The translations under genes and the position numbers were made by a program. DNA of 64,000 bases from positions 216,754,001 to 216,818,000 of the forward strand of contig NC_086097.1 in NCBI RefSeq assembly GCF_963921235.1, given 5' to 3'. The notes under the pieces were generated by a model. The model had not been told where the DNA came from and ran no database searches. It saw only the letters and a list, made by a program, of their open reading frames with translations. The DNA is from Mobula hypostoma. Taxonomy: Eukaryota. Every line of letters begins with the position of its first letter. Positions within the stretch are counted from its first letter, which is position 1. Below are positions 1 through 11,935 of this stretch, in pieces.

Positions 1-334
1 ACAAAAACTGTTAAGTAACTGTACAAGTATTTGAATTTTCAAGGGACAGAAGGCTACAAGCCAAGTACAAAATGAGATTAGTATAGCCTAGTGCATAAGT
101 AGGTCAAAAAGCCTTTTGTGATGTTCAAAACCAATTATACAAAACCAATCAGTGAAATTAGTGAGAAAAATAGTTTCAAGGTGATTACAAAGCAATGCAA
201 ATGCTGACAGTACACGTGTATTTGACTTCATTTTTACCCGAAATAAAAACTGACTAGTGCTGCACCAATTAGGTAGGATACATACAGCAAGGAAGCAGTG
301 AGAAACAGTGAGCAATTCCATAACACAATAAAAC

Positions 335-690
335 ATAGTAGCGGAATTGGACCATTCAGCCCATCAAGTCTGCTCTGCCATTCCATCATGGCTGAATTAT
401 TATCCCTCTCAACCCCATTCCCCTGCTTTCTCCCCTTAACCTTTAACCCACCTTACTAATCAAGAACCAATCAACCTCCACTTTAAATATACCCAATGAC
501 TTGGCCTCCGCAACCATATGTGGCAATGAAATCCACAGATTCACCACCCTCTGGCTCAATAAACTCCTCCCCATTCTCTGTTCTAAAGTGATGTCCTTTT
601 ATTCAGAGGCTGTGCCCTCTGGTCCCAGACTGCCTCACTATAGGAAACATTCTCTCCATGTCCACTATCTAGGCCTCTCAATATTTGATA
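335..690 (-). mobile_element. CR1 LINE 3' end fragment
   Basis: Reverse complement of the CR1 ORF2 end and 3'UTR seen in + orientation at 10563-11077 and 29670-30327. Confidence 0.8.
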
Positions 691-1499
691 GGATTGAAGG
701 AAAGCAGAATGAACTCCAAACTCTAATAGAATCCTTCCTAAAATGCTGAGCAAATAACTTGGGCACTCCTCCCCCAAACCTTGCCCTCATGATCAGTCAC
801 GGACTGGATTCCAATTCCACCCCAAATGTATGGTTCAGACCTACCATAAACCCGCCCAACTTTCCCCAAAGACTCATCCGATACCATTACTCAGAGCAAA
901 GGCTTCTCTTGTTTTCCCTACGCCATCACAAAATAGATCCTAGGTCCCATTCGAAAACACAATAAAACACAAACAAATAGCTCCATATGTTGCCACCCTG
1001 CACTGACATCATTCCTACACAATGGAATTTTTGGGCCTACATTGTGCTATACCACACAATTTATTCTGGATTAACAACATAAATTTGACCTAATGAAGCA
1101 TAATTTACATTTTGAATATATTTGTTATTGCAGTCACTACTGAGTAATACAAGCTGCAACCCAACACCAATTACAAGTAATTAACCAGGTGCGAGCCAGA
1201 GTAAACACCTGTTTCTGTCCAAAATACACAGAATGCAAAAACGGCAAAATGCCATATAGTACTGAGCTTATTAGTCTCAAACGGGACAGTGTTACAGGAA
1301 CTGCAGTGAACCCCGTGTTGATCTAAAAGAGGCAAAAAATATTGAAAAAGTTCTAGCTTCTGACATTACCCTTTTGCTGCAGTACTTGGAGGATATTTAG
1401 GTTTGATCTGTTAAGTATCAAATATCAGGCCAAGACTATTCACAAGAAAATGATGCTTGAAAGTAAAGAAAGGTAAGAATTTCATCATCAATATCCTGT

Positions 1500-2030
1500 G
1501 GTTCAACACTGACCAGAAATTGAACCCAACTGGTCACAAAGCTATTATGGCTACAAAGGTGGACCAGCGATTGGATATTCAGTGATGAGTTGATACTGAA
1601 TCATTCAAGTCTTACTACCATCTACAAATCAAAAGCAAAAAAGTACTTCCTTCGACATGCTTGGATAAGTATGATTCCAACAGCATGAAGCAATCTTAAC
1701 TCTATCCAGAACAATCTCTATCACTGGCATATCTTGGCTATAGCATTTACCATCAGAAAGGGTTGGGTGCATCAACTCACTAAGTTCTCTGGACATGCTG
1801 GCCCAGTACACTGCTGACAAGGCTATGTTCAGAGTTGACATATTATTAACTCCACTGAATTCACACACCACTTATACCCAAGTCTTCACCATTGTTGAAT
1901 CAAAGTTCATTGAATTCTCTGCAATGGAGCTTTGCAGGACAATTCTCAACACTGAGCAGTAAGCCTACTATTGTCTTTTCAGACACAGAGATATACAACA
2001 AATGCTGGTTTTCCCAGTACAACTGGTACT
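1500..2030 (+). mobile_element. Highly decayed L2/Crack-like LINE fragment
   Basis: Degenerate similarity to the copies at 34724-35360 and 37569-38250. Confidence 0.45.
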
Positions 2031-2600
2031 CAAAGCTTCCTTGCATTTTCCACAGAAGAATATCCAGTTGACATTTTCCAATGGCTCAGGACAAGGAATA
2101 TCTGAAGGTCTCAGATTCAATTTTGATCCACAATGTTACAAGCCAGAAGGCAGTGATAAAAGTGCCAGATCTAGAATAGTTATCAACCAAATCGCCAATC
2201 CTCTGAGCGTGTTCACAAGAACGCAATACCAATAGATTGTATTATGCCTCCACACAATTTGCATTTACTCAGATGAATGCTTTCAGATGAGACACGTAAT
2301 TTGGGCGAGTCAAAGCTGCTTATAGTAAAGGCAACAAAAACAACTATGTTCGGATTCATTTAATCAGATATACAATACGTCCGAAAGAGTGGTAGAAGAA
2401 ATCTATGTACCATAGATTTATCACCAAGATAATAAGTACAAGCAAATGTGAGGAGTTCAAAAGAAATGAATTACTGTAAACTTCGCAGGCATTATGAGTA
2501 GAGCATGGTGTAGGAACAAGTGAACAAGAATCATGATGTGAAACAACTTAATGGAAAAACATACGGCGCTGGGCGCAAGTTGAGGGCGGTCTCCGCTTAC

Positions 2601-2744
2601 CTGTGACAGGAGTCTCGGGTTGGCGCAGCCGAAGAGGGACGAGCTGGAGCTGAAACTGATGGCCCCTCGGCGGCTCAGGACGTGCTTGGGTACCGGCCTG
2701 TCGAGAGGCAGCACCGGTAATTGGTACTGGTAACATACTGCCAT
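2601..2744 (-). CDS. PDE7A: First coding exon of high-affinity cAMP-specific phosphodiesterase 7A (PDE7A1-type N-terminus); gene continues left of the window
   Basis: Translates to MAVCYQYQLPVLPLDRPVPKHVLSRRGAISFSSSSSLFGCANPRLLSQ, nearly identical to the recalled mammalian PDE7A1 start (MEVCYQLPVLPLDRPVPQHVLSRRGAISFSSSSALFGCPNPRQLSQ). Ends at a phase-0 donor CAG|GTAAGC at 2601/2600. Confidence 0.96.
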
Positions 2745-2782
2745 TGAACCGGGAACTGAACGAATCCTCGGAAAACACGGCG

Positions 2783-2925
2783 CTAGGGAAACAATGCAAA
2801 AACAACAGCGATAGCAAAACGGCAATCAGAGGGCTGAAGTGGGCACTTAACATCGAAGGGTCAGAGGGGCCGAGGAAACCGGGCCGTCCAGTGGCGGTCA
2901 TCACAGCCACCACAAAGCAGCTTAC
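2783..2925 (-). other. Putative 143-nt intron in the PDE7A 5'UTR
   Basis: Minus strand: donor AAG|GTAAGC at 2926/2925, branch-like CTGAT (2829-2825), pyrimidine tract and acceptor TGTTTCCCTAG| at 2783, 38 nt upstream of the ATG. Confidence 0.55.
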
Positions 2926-4820
2926 CTTCGCGCTGCTACAGCTTCAGGTATCTCGTTTTTCGAATGAACTCGAGCCGTCGTCAATCGCAGTCGCCGACAC
3001 CTGGACGCAGCCGTTTCCTCCTAGTCCCATTTTGGGTGCGCTGCCTCCTGATGGGATTTTTTTCCTGCTGCTTCCTCGGATGCCGGCGGCGCCTTATCTG
3101 AGAAAGCCCATGGGCGACAGGGCCAAGCACGGCCTACACGTGAAGGCCTTCCCCTTTCTTCTTTTTCTCTTTTCCTCTTTAGAGCAACGCTTCCTCATTT
3201 CTCGCCGCCTCTTTCAAAACACTTCATCTCCGGCCTGAGGAGGGACGGCGCCGAGTTACCCTTGCACGCCACTGGCAGCGGTGGCTGTTGCTCGGTAACC
3301 GCTCGGTCCCGGTCCCAGTCCCACTCCCGGTTCTCTCGAGCTGCGATCAGCACGGCTCGACCCGCCGACCACCTCAATGCGATGTAATGCAGCAAAAGCC
3401 TTGAACATTCACTGCTAGATCTTCTAACTGCTCCTACACAACGAAACAATAGAAGCAAAGTAATTGTATTGCAACTTTAACTGTGTCCTCCCCCCAGAAA
3501 ACAACAAATATTCTTTTGCCCAAGTGATTTTATTTGCTTTCAGAAACCAACCACCTGCCATGTGTGGTTGTTAAAAGCAAGAAATGAAATAAACCAATTA
3601 CAGATAGGAAATGTTTTCATCATTTTTTCTTATTGGCACATTTATGGTTTTTAAAATGTTATCTGATAGCCGATTGGATAAACTAGAGAGCAGTGCCCTC
3701 CCTGAGATTTTCACGTTACCAGAGAACCTGTACTACTAGAAAGCATACAGAGTGCAGATAGGGTATTCCTGCAATCTGGGTTTGCCCTTTGGTTGATGAA
3801 CACTAATGTAGGTAACCACCTCCTTGTGACTCATATCTTACAATGTGTTCGTGTTATCAACTCTGCTATTGCAATGAATTGTAGCAACTTATTGCAGTAA
3901 AACATTATTCGTCATGAATTATTCAACGCTGTATTACTCATGGTATTCGAAGTGTACAACTACATTACATAACTGATTATTGACATTTTTATTGGTCAGA
4001 ACGTTGTACTTATTTCTGAGTTGTTTTAGTTATTCTGTATCAACATCTGCAATTGAACCCTGGTTATCACCCAACAAAGTCACATTTGCAATGTTAAATA
4101 AAAGGAGCTTCTAATCTGCCCTGAATTTAAATTTTAACTTCCCGTAAACTTTAACATTCAAGGTACTGAATAGAAGATAAGAACTTTGCGTGAATCAGTG
4201 ATCCGGCTCTGAGGTTAAAAAAGGGTAATGATACAGTATGGGACTTGCTTATACTTTTAAGAGTTTATTCATTTGTTTATTTATTTATTGAGATACAATG
4301 CAGAATAGGCTCTTCCACCCCTTCTGCCCAGCATACACAGGACAATTTACAATGACCAATTAACCTATGGACCAGTACGTCTTTGGACGGTGGGAGGAAA
4401 CCCATGCAATCACAGGGAGAACATGCAAACTTACAGACAGCATCGAGAAACATTAGCTTCTATTTATCATTTAGAACACAAAGGTTTGAGAAAACCGCAG
4501 GTCACATAAATCACAGTGCAGGCCTGCAGTTTGGCAGTGCTTGCTAGAAATGATTGTCCTGTAAGGATGGTGGATGACACGGGTACCGTCTCCTCATTGA
4601 TGGGTCATGACATACATGATGAGCTATTCAATGCAAGGCCAATGGTAAGTTGAAGCACATTTTTGTAGACATATTCTCAGAAGTCCTGCAGATTCCAGAT
4701 GCTCTTTCATAAGCTATTCTGTACAGTAAGTAATGCAAGTAAGCACAGTGGCTGTAGTCAATTAATTAATTCAGAACATTGGTGTGAAGAGACCTACTAG
4801 AGGTGCTGTACATTGCCTGG

Positions 4821-4934
4821 GCACAAATTGACAACTGCATTAGTGCTGCTTCATGCACCCATTCTGAGTTCGTCAATTTCATCAATTCAGCATGGGTGCA
4901 TGAAGCTGCACCAATGTGGTCATCAAGTTAGTGC
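4821..4934. repeat. Long imperfect palindrome (~50-bp stem)
   Basis: GCTTCATGCACCCAT (4848-4862) is the exact reverse complement of 4892-4906. Pairing extends without gaps from 4825/4929 to 4870/4884 with a few mismatches. Confidence 0.85.
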
Positions 4935-5029
4935 AGAAAGGGTTGTGGAGCATTACCAGTGAATGCAGAAAGAGTTGGCGAACATTTCCTGTGAACTCAG
5001 AAAGAGATCAATTAATCACATCAGTATAC

Positions 5030-5620
5030 CAAAGTAATACAAAGGAAAACAATAAGTAGAAGATGCAGAGTGAAGTGTTAGTTACATAGAAGGTGCAGTG
5101 CAGGCAGACAATAAAGTACAAGGTCGTAATGAAGTGGATTGTGAGGTCAGGAGTTCACCTTATTGTACTAATAGACTGTTCAATAGTTTTATAACAGCAG
5201 GACAGAAGCTGTCCTAGAGCTTGGTGATACATCCCTTCAGGCTTTTGAATCTTCTGCCTGATGAGAGGGGCAGTGAAAAAAAACAATGCCTGGGGTGGGC
5301 GGAGTGTTTGATTATGTTGGCCACTTTATTGAGGCAGCAAGAAGTACAGACACAGTTCATAGAGGGGAGGTTGATGTGCTCTGATGTGCTAAGCTGTGTC
5401 CATATCTCTTTTTAGTTTCTTACAGTCTTAGGCGCAGTAGTTGCCATACCAAGCTGTAGTGCATTTGGATTAGATGCTTTTCGTCGTGTATCTATAAAAA
5501 TTGGTGAGAATCAAATGGGATATGCCAAATTTCTTCAGCTTCCTGGGGAAGCAGAGGTCCTGGTACACTTTCTCGGCCAAGGTGTCTGCAAGATTGAACC
5601 TGAACCGCTATTGGTGATGT
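5030..5620 (-). mobile_element. Rex1/Babar-type LINE 3' fragment (decayed)
   Basis: Reverse strand resembles the ORF2 C-terminus (LPSGRRY...NSF.P..IRLLN class) seen in other copies in the window. Confidence 0.6.
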
Positions 5621-6224
5621 TATGATACCGGTTAGCTAGTAGGATGTGTAAAAAAAACATGAAAATAATATTATAATCCATGAAGTAATAGAAAACCTTG
5701 GATTTCACTATGTTTTATTCCTTTATGCTGTCTTGACCTTCTCTGTGTTATTCAAGGTCCAGACATTATAAAGCTCTCCTGCGCTATTCATGTGCCGTCT
5801 TTTATGGAAAACAGAGAGATTGAACTGTCATTAAAACTGAAGTAAAGAGTTAACAGTGTGTGCAGTAACTCCACAAACACCATAAAACCCTTCAGAATAG
5901 AAGTTGGCATTTGTAATTGTTTATGCGTGGCCCTATTTGTATGTGTTTACGTGTGTATGTTTCCTATAATTATATTCAGATGGATGATAAGTGTAAATGG
6001 ACAAAGTACAGCAAGCAAGAATGCAACATTGTTATGTTCTTTTTATTGACATTCAGCAACGAAGGAAGAGATTTGGGACCCCCAAACCACAAATTCCATG
6101 GAAGTGTACAGGCTATCAAAATTGAAAGCTAATGACTGAAATGCCTCAGGGACTCAACACCTTGGAAATTCAGATAAATCCTAATGCCAGCTGTTGTACC
6201 AGGGTTAACAAGGTGAGAGAGTGA

Positions 6225-6350
6225 TGTCTCACACCTCCAGGAATTTAGGTTCAATCCTGACCTCAGGTGTAGTCTATATGGACTTTGCATTCCCTCCCCA
6301 AGACCATGTGGTTTTTCTCCAATTTTCTCCCACATCTCAAACACATGCCA
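6225..6350 (+). mobile_element. V-SINE/HE1-like tRNA-derived SINE fragment
   Basis: B-box-like GGTTCAATCC followed by a degenerate V-domain (GGACTTTGCATT...TTTTCTCCCACATCTCAAA). Confidence 0.55.
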
Positions 6351-6382
6351 ACTACACACATACACAACCACACTTTCTTTTC

Positions 6383-7275
6383 GGCTAGAAAGGATGTAGA
6401 AGGTTAAAGCTGAAGTAATCACAGTGGTGATAGGAGCACCTGGAGCTGTGACACCTGGACTGGGAGAATGGCTCCAACAGGTCTTGGGAACAACATCTGA
6501 GATCTGCGGCCAGAAGCGTGAACTATTAGGAACAGCAACAGTACTGCGCCAAACCCTCAAGTTTATGTGGATAAATGTGAAGTTATCCACTTTGGTGGCA
6601 AAAACAGGAAAACAGATTATTATCTGAATGGTGGCCGATTAGGAAAAGGAGAGGTGCAACGATACCTGGGTGTCATTATACACCAGTCATTGAAAGTGGG
6701 CTTGCAGTTACAGCAGGCAGTGAAAAAGGCGAATGGTATGCTGGCATTCATAGCAAGAGGATTCGAGTACAGGAGCAGGGAGGTTCTACTGCAGTTGTAC
6801 AAGGCCTTGGTGAGACCACACCTGGAGTATTGTGTGCAGTTTTGGTCCCCTAATCTGAGGAAAGACATCCTTGCCATAGAGGGAGTACAAAGAAGGTTCA
6901 CCAGATTGATTCCTGGGATGGCAGGACTTTCATATGTTGAAAGACTGGACCGACTAGGCTTATACGTTGGAATTTAGAAGATTGAGGGGGGATCTTATTG
7001 AAACGTATAAAATCCTAAAGGGATTGGACAGGCTATATGCAGGAAGATTGTTCCCAATGTTGGGGAAGTCCAGAACGAGGGATCACAGTTCAGGGTTCTG
7101 AGTTGGATGATCAGCCATGATCGTACTGAATGGCGGTGCAGGCTCGAAGGGCCAAATGGCCTATTCCCGCACCTATTTTTTATGTTTCTATGTTCCCAGG
7201 CCTCTAGTAGAGGACCCAAGATTGATGGAAAAATACACATACACACCATCCATAAGGGGTGGGGAAAAAAAAAGA
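6383..7275 (+). mobile_element. R4/Dong (Rex6-like) RLE-clade LINE 3' end, interrupted by a CR1
   Basis: KVKAEVITVVIGAPGAVTPGLGEWLQQVLGTTSEICGQKRELLGTATVLRQTLK (6383-6561) resumes at 7194 (TCCCAGGCCTCTAGTAGAGGACCC). Collinear with the uninterrupted copy at 57465-57720. Confidence 0.75.
6565..7193 (+). mobile_element. Young CR1 LINE, 5'-truncated, with an internal deletion
   Basis: ORF2 C-terminal motifs (LYKALVRPHLEYCVQFWSP...EGVQRRFTRLIPG) and a (TTTCTATG)n-type tail. Near-identical to 10563-11077 except ~190 bp missing at ~7090. Confidence 0.9.
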
Positions 7276-7280
7276 AAAGC

Positions 7281-7299
7281 TATCTATCTATCTATATAT

Positions 7300-7353
<54 letters not shown>
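7281..7353. repeat. Compound microsatellite (TATC)n(TA)n(TG)n(AG)n
   Basis: Read directly. Confidence 0.95.
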
Positions 7354-7356
<3 letters not shown>

Positions 7357-7717
7357 ATGTGTTGCTATGCTTCTGGAGCCAACAACATAGGGTGCCCACA
7401 ACTTACTAACCTGTACATCTATGGAGTGTGGGAGGAAACCAGAGCACCTGGAGGAAACCCATGTCAAGAACATATAAACTCCTTACAGAGAAAATAGAGA
7501 AAGGGAGAATGGGATTGCTTCCCTTAGAACCAGCATAGACCTGAGAAAATAAATACCATCCTTTGTAACAGTTAAGGTTATAACATTAAATTCAGTCGAA
7601 ATTGATTATAAAATAAGATAAATTATGCAGGGTGGCTTCCAAACAGTTCAATTCCCCCGTGTCTTGGATAGAATGACAAGTGGTTCTTAAAGAGACCACA
7701 GGAGAAGGAGATAATAT

Positions 7718-7847
7718 AAACAAGAGAAAATCTGCAGATGCTGGAAATCCAAGCAACACACACAAAATGCTGGAGGAGCTCAGCAGGCCAGGCGGCATCT
7801 ATGGAAAAAGTACGGTTGATGTTTCAGGCTGAGACCCTTTGGCAGGA
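7718..7847 (-). mobile_element. Penelope-like terminal repeat fragment with degenerate hammerhead
   Basis: Matches termini of the Penelope copies. Core reads CTGCCAA instead of CTGANGA. Confidence 0.7.
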
Positions 7848-10562
7848 GATAGTATAGCGTAGTTTTGTGTGAACCAAGAGGGTCAACCTACCTTAGAGTA
7901 CCAATGTTAGGTCAGTGCTCTGCTGGATGACTTGTCACTTGACCTTCTGTTTTATGCTTTTATGCTCGGTCAGATGTGCTTTTATCTCCTATTTCCAGAA
8001 TTTTTATAAATCACAACATAAAAATCTTCAAAGGAAATGGAAGCGAACAGTGCAGGAGATTATCCTAGCGCCTTGTCTTCAATCTGGTGATCACAAAACC
8101 TACCTCTCAAATGGACTATAATCAGACTAGAATACACTTTGTCCAATTTAAGGTTCAAGTTTATTTATTATGTGTACATTGAAACATACAGTGAAATGCA
8201 TTATTTGTGTTAATAATCAACACACTCGAGAGTCTACTGAAGCACCTGCAAATGTGGCTATATATTTATGCCCACAATGCATGTCTACAATGCTTGGCAG
8301 AACAACACAGAACACACAAGTAACCAAACAACAACAGCAAAACAAGCCCCATACATCCCTTCCACATATACAGTCCCCTAATCCCAAAGCAGACCATCTT
8401 TTTCAGTCTCCATCCTCCAGGAAACTGGGACTTTGACTTGGATTCAGACTCAGACCTGCTTATATTGGACCTTTGGCTGTTTATTGAAATATAGTTTTAC
8501 TACTAAATAAATAATTTTGTCTTGATGTAAATGTAAAAGAATATAATGAATCAAGCTCCACTATGCATCTCTATTGATTTTTGAATAGCTTAATTAATGT
8601 GATATTGCCTAATTATTCTGTCACCCTGTCATAATTGCCTTTAAGGTCTCAAGTTAAATCAAGATTAAGAGGGAAATAATTGTCAGGATCTGTTGCTTAA
8701 AAAGTTAGTGGCAACCAGACTCAAATGAAACCTTTAATTCAATATAATTTGAAATAATGTTTGACATAATCTTGTATAAACTATGTGTAGAAATGAATGA
8801 TAATATTGATGAGACCTTGTATTACCAGATAATTTTAAAACAAAATTATGTGGGATCATGATTTCCTTCCAAAAACCAGATTAAATACCTTGATAAAAAA
8901 TTCTAAAGATGGAAAAACATAAAAGTAAGGGCGGAAGACTGCAACAAACCTCCACACTCATTCAAAATAAAACAATAATGCAATTTTGATGTAGACCAAG
9001 ATTAACATCTTCATTTTAAAAAGAGCACCCTTCATAGTTGTATCTTCGGTTAGAAACATTACTTTTATGAGGATCAGCAAAAGTTCTGCAATTTGGTCAG
9101 GTTCTGATTTTTAATCTCCTTGGTCCTATCTGTTTACAACAGTCCTTCTAATGTAATAAAGGTTAGGACACTGTACTAGTTTTAAAATGTTGAAGTGTTC
9201 GGTTGCCATGGTTGCCACAGACTTTTGTTATGCAACACAGATTACAATGTCAGTTTGAAATGGTGAAGTGTTCCATTGCCATGGTAACAGGCAAGGTCCA
9301 TATTAGAATGTTAAAAAAGGATTCTGCAAATTAAATGGAAACTACTAAGGCTTTTGGCAACATTCTAAAGAATTCCCATGACTTAGAAGGACTTCACAAA
9401 CCCAGAAGCAAGTCACAAGTGAGCTACTCAATCTGAAAACCAGATATATAGATCCCACTTTGAACTGAAAAGTTCAGGGTGGCCTTATATGTAACTCATT
9501 TCCTCCCTCTGATTGCACTCCTAACAGTTCCTCTAAAAACAAAGGATGCATCTGCAGTATTACAGTGTGTATCTACCATCAGTTGAGATTAGTTGCTGGT
9601 CTGTTCTGGTGTGTCTTTCCTGTTTTATTTAATTAGTCCCAATTTCAGTTTTCCAGCACAAAATCAGTGACAGCACGTCGGTAATTGGGACTTGAAATCC
9701 ATAGTTGGAACTTTGTGTGGAGAACACCTAGCGAAGTTGGGATAGAATTAAAAACTGATCAGATGGTTTATTTTTAATAACGAACTTCAGTATGAAAGAA
9801 TCTTCTCTACCGTTCTGTTTGATGGAAGACTGAATGTACTATTATAGGTTATGGCAGTTGGTGGAGAAGGATCAGTAGCATATTAACTGCAACAAGTCTC
9901 GATCAATTGAGTGAATTTCTTCCTCTAGTCAGTTATGGGAACTGATAATTTCTGTGTTCTGCACCTGCCGTAAAAAATCTTGAAATTTAATAATTGTGCA
10001 GCAGAATTTTGTTTATAAATGGTTAGTCATTTATTTGTCTCATGTTCTCCACATAACACAGATTTCAATTAGTTTCTGCATGTTTTTATTTCCCACATCC
10101 TATTCCTAGTTGTGTTTTATTTTACTGCAGACCATGAAGAGGTCTACTAAGTGTTCTCAGCATCCCTATATTTTAATTTAAACCTTATTTCAGGATCAAC
10201 ATTAAAAACACCTGTGTTAGCAAAAAAAAAGTCAGAATAAGCCAAGATCTCTTTCTACTTAGGTGTAATATATAAACAGCACATGTAATATGTGGCAACT
10301 GCTTGTTTATAGCTGATCAGTTTGGTCCCACTTTCCAAATTTTTTTGGACACCTGATTGTTGCCTCAGTGAATTCTGATGAGGTATCTCAGCAATCCAAG
10401 TAATATGTTGGAGAACACATCTCTGCCTTGTCATTGCTCCCAAAATGAAGCCCATTTGAACTATAATATATGGCCTCTAGAGTCTGCCTGAAGTCAGTTT
10501 TGCAGTCCTCATAGATTGGGTAGAAACAAAATACTGTGCAGATGCTGGGGTCAAAGCAACAC

Positions 10563-11077
10563 GCATAGAGGGAGTACAAAGAAGGTTCACCAGATTGATT
10601 CCTGGGATGGCAGGACTTTCATATGAAGAAAGACTGGATGAACTGGGCTTGTACTCGTTGGAATTTAGAAGATTGAGGGGGGATCTGATTGAAACGTATA
10701 AAATCCTAAAGGGATTGGAGAGGCTAGATGCAGGAAGATTGTTCCCGATGTTGGGGAAGTCCAGAACGAGGGGTCACAGTTTGAGGATAAAGGGGAAGCC
10801 TTTTAGGACCGAGATTAGGAAAAACTTCTTCACACAGAGAGTGGTGAATCTGTGGAATTCTCTGCCACAGGAAACAGTTGAGGCCAGTTCATTGGCTATA
10901 TTTAAGAGGGAGTTAGATATGGCCCTTGTGGCTACAGGGGTCAGGGGGTATGGAGGGAAGGCTGGTGCAGGGTTCTGAGTTGGATGATCAGCCATGATCA
11001 TAATAAATGGTGGTGCAGGCTCGAAGGGCCGAATGGCCTACTCCTGCACCTATTTTCTATGTTTCTATGTTTCTATA
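10563..11077 (+). mobile_element. Young CR1 LINE 3' end nested in a Penelope terminal repeat (10522-11161)
   Basis: Intact ORF2 C-terminus (LSYEERLDELGLYSLEFRRLRGDLIETYKIL...FFTQRVVNLWNSLP) and (TTTCTATG)n tail. Flanks join into the Penelope repeat. Confidence 0.9.
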
Positions 11078-11409
11078 ACATGCTGGAGGAACTCAGCAGT
11101 TCGGACAGCATCCATGGAAATGAACAGTCAACGTTTTGGGCCAAGACCCTTCGTCAGGACTCATTGGACAGATTGTGTAGAGTTGTACCTGAACTGCAAT
11201 CGAAGCTGAAACCTCAGAAATCTGATAGTGAATGATTGCCGGATCTATAGTGTTGAAATGAGGGATCAACACTGGAGGGTGGGAAAGCGGCTTATTTGCT
11301 GTTGAGCCTTGTTTTCTTCTGTTGTTGTTGCTTGTGTTATGTGTTGTGTTGCTGTTGTATTGAACATTATGGGCATGCTATATTGGTGCCAGAATGTGTG
11401 GCAACACTT

Positions 11410-11935
11410 AGGTGGCCTCCAGCGCAAGTTTGGTATGAGTCCCCAAATCCTAAGGACTTTCTACAGGGGTACAATTGAGAGCATTCTGACTGGCTGCATC
11501 ACTGCCTGGTATGGGAACTGTACTTCCCTCAATCGCAGGACTCTGCAGAGAGTGGTGCCAACAGCCCAGAGCATCTGTAGGTGTGAGTTCCCAGTATTCA
11601 GGACATTTACAGAGACGGGTGCATAAAAATAGCCCGAAGGATCATATATATCCTCATTGAGGACCCAAGTCACTCCAACCACAAACTGTTCCATCTGCTG
11701 CCATCCGGGAAACAGTACCGCAACGTAAAAACCAGGACTAATGGTCTCTGGAACAACTTCTTCCACCAGGCCATCAGACTGATTAATTCATGCTGATACA
11801 ATTGTATTTCTATGCTATGTTGACTGTCCTGTTGAACATACTATTTATTATAAATTACTATACATTGCACATTTAGATGGAGACGTAACGTAAAGATTTT
11901 TACTCCTCGTGTATGTGAAGGATGTAAGAAATAGT
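11410..11935 (+). mobile_element. Rex1/Babar-type LINE 3' fragment
   Basis: LRTFYRGTIESILTGCITAWYGNC...LLPSGKQYR motif. Confidence 0.8.

Larger units (their letters stand above)
2560..3400. promoter_or_regulatory. CpG island / PDE7A promoter and 5'UTR
   Basis: GC-rich, CpG-dense stretch in an otherwise CpG-depleted window, overlapping the PDE7A start. Contains an RFX X-box-like GTTGCTCGGTAAC at 3287-3299. Confidence 0.85.

Noticed and set aside
2744..3238. 164-aa plus-strand ORF
   Set aside because: No ATG start, lies in the GC-rich island antisense to the PDE7A leader, and has no recognisable homology.
11296..11478. Cys-rich ORF (FFCCCCLCYVLCCCC) resembling the cysteine string of DNAJC5B, a PDE7A neighbour in mammals
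   Set aside because: It comes from a (TGT)-rich SINE segment whose reverse complement occurs at ~8270-8350. I found no J-domain/HPD exon in the window.
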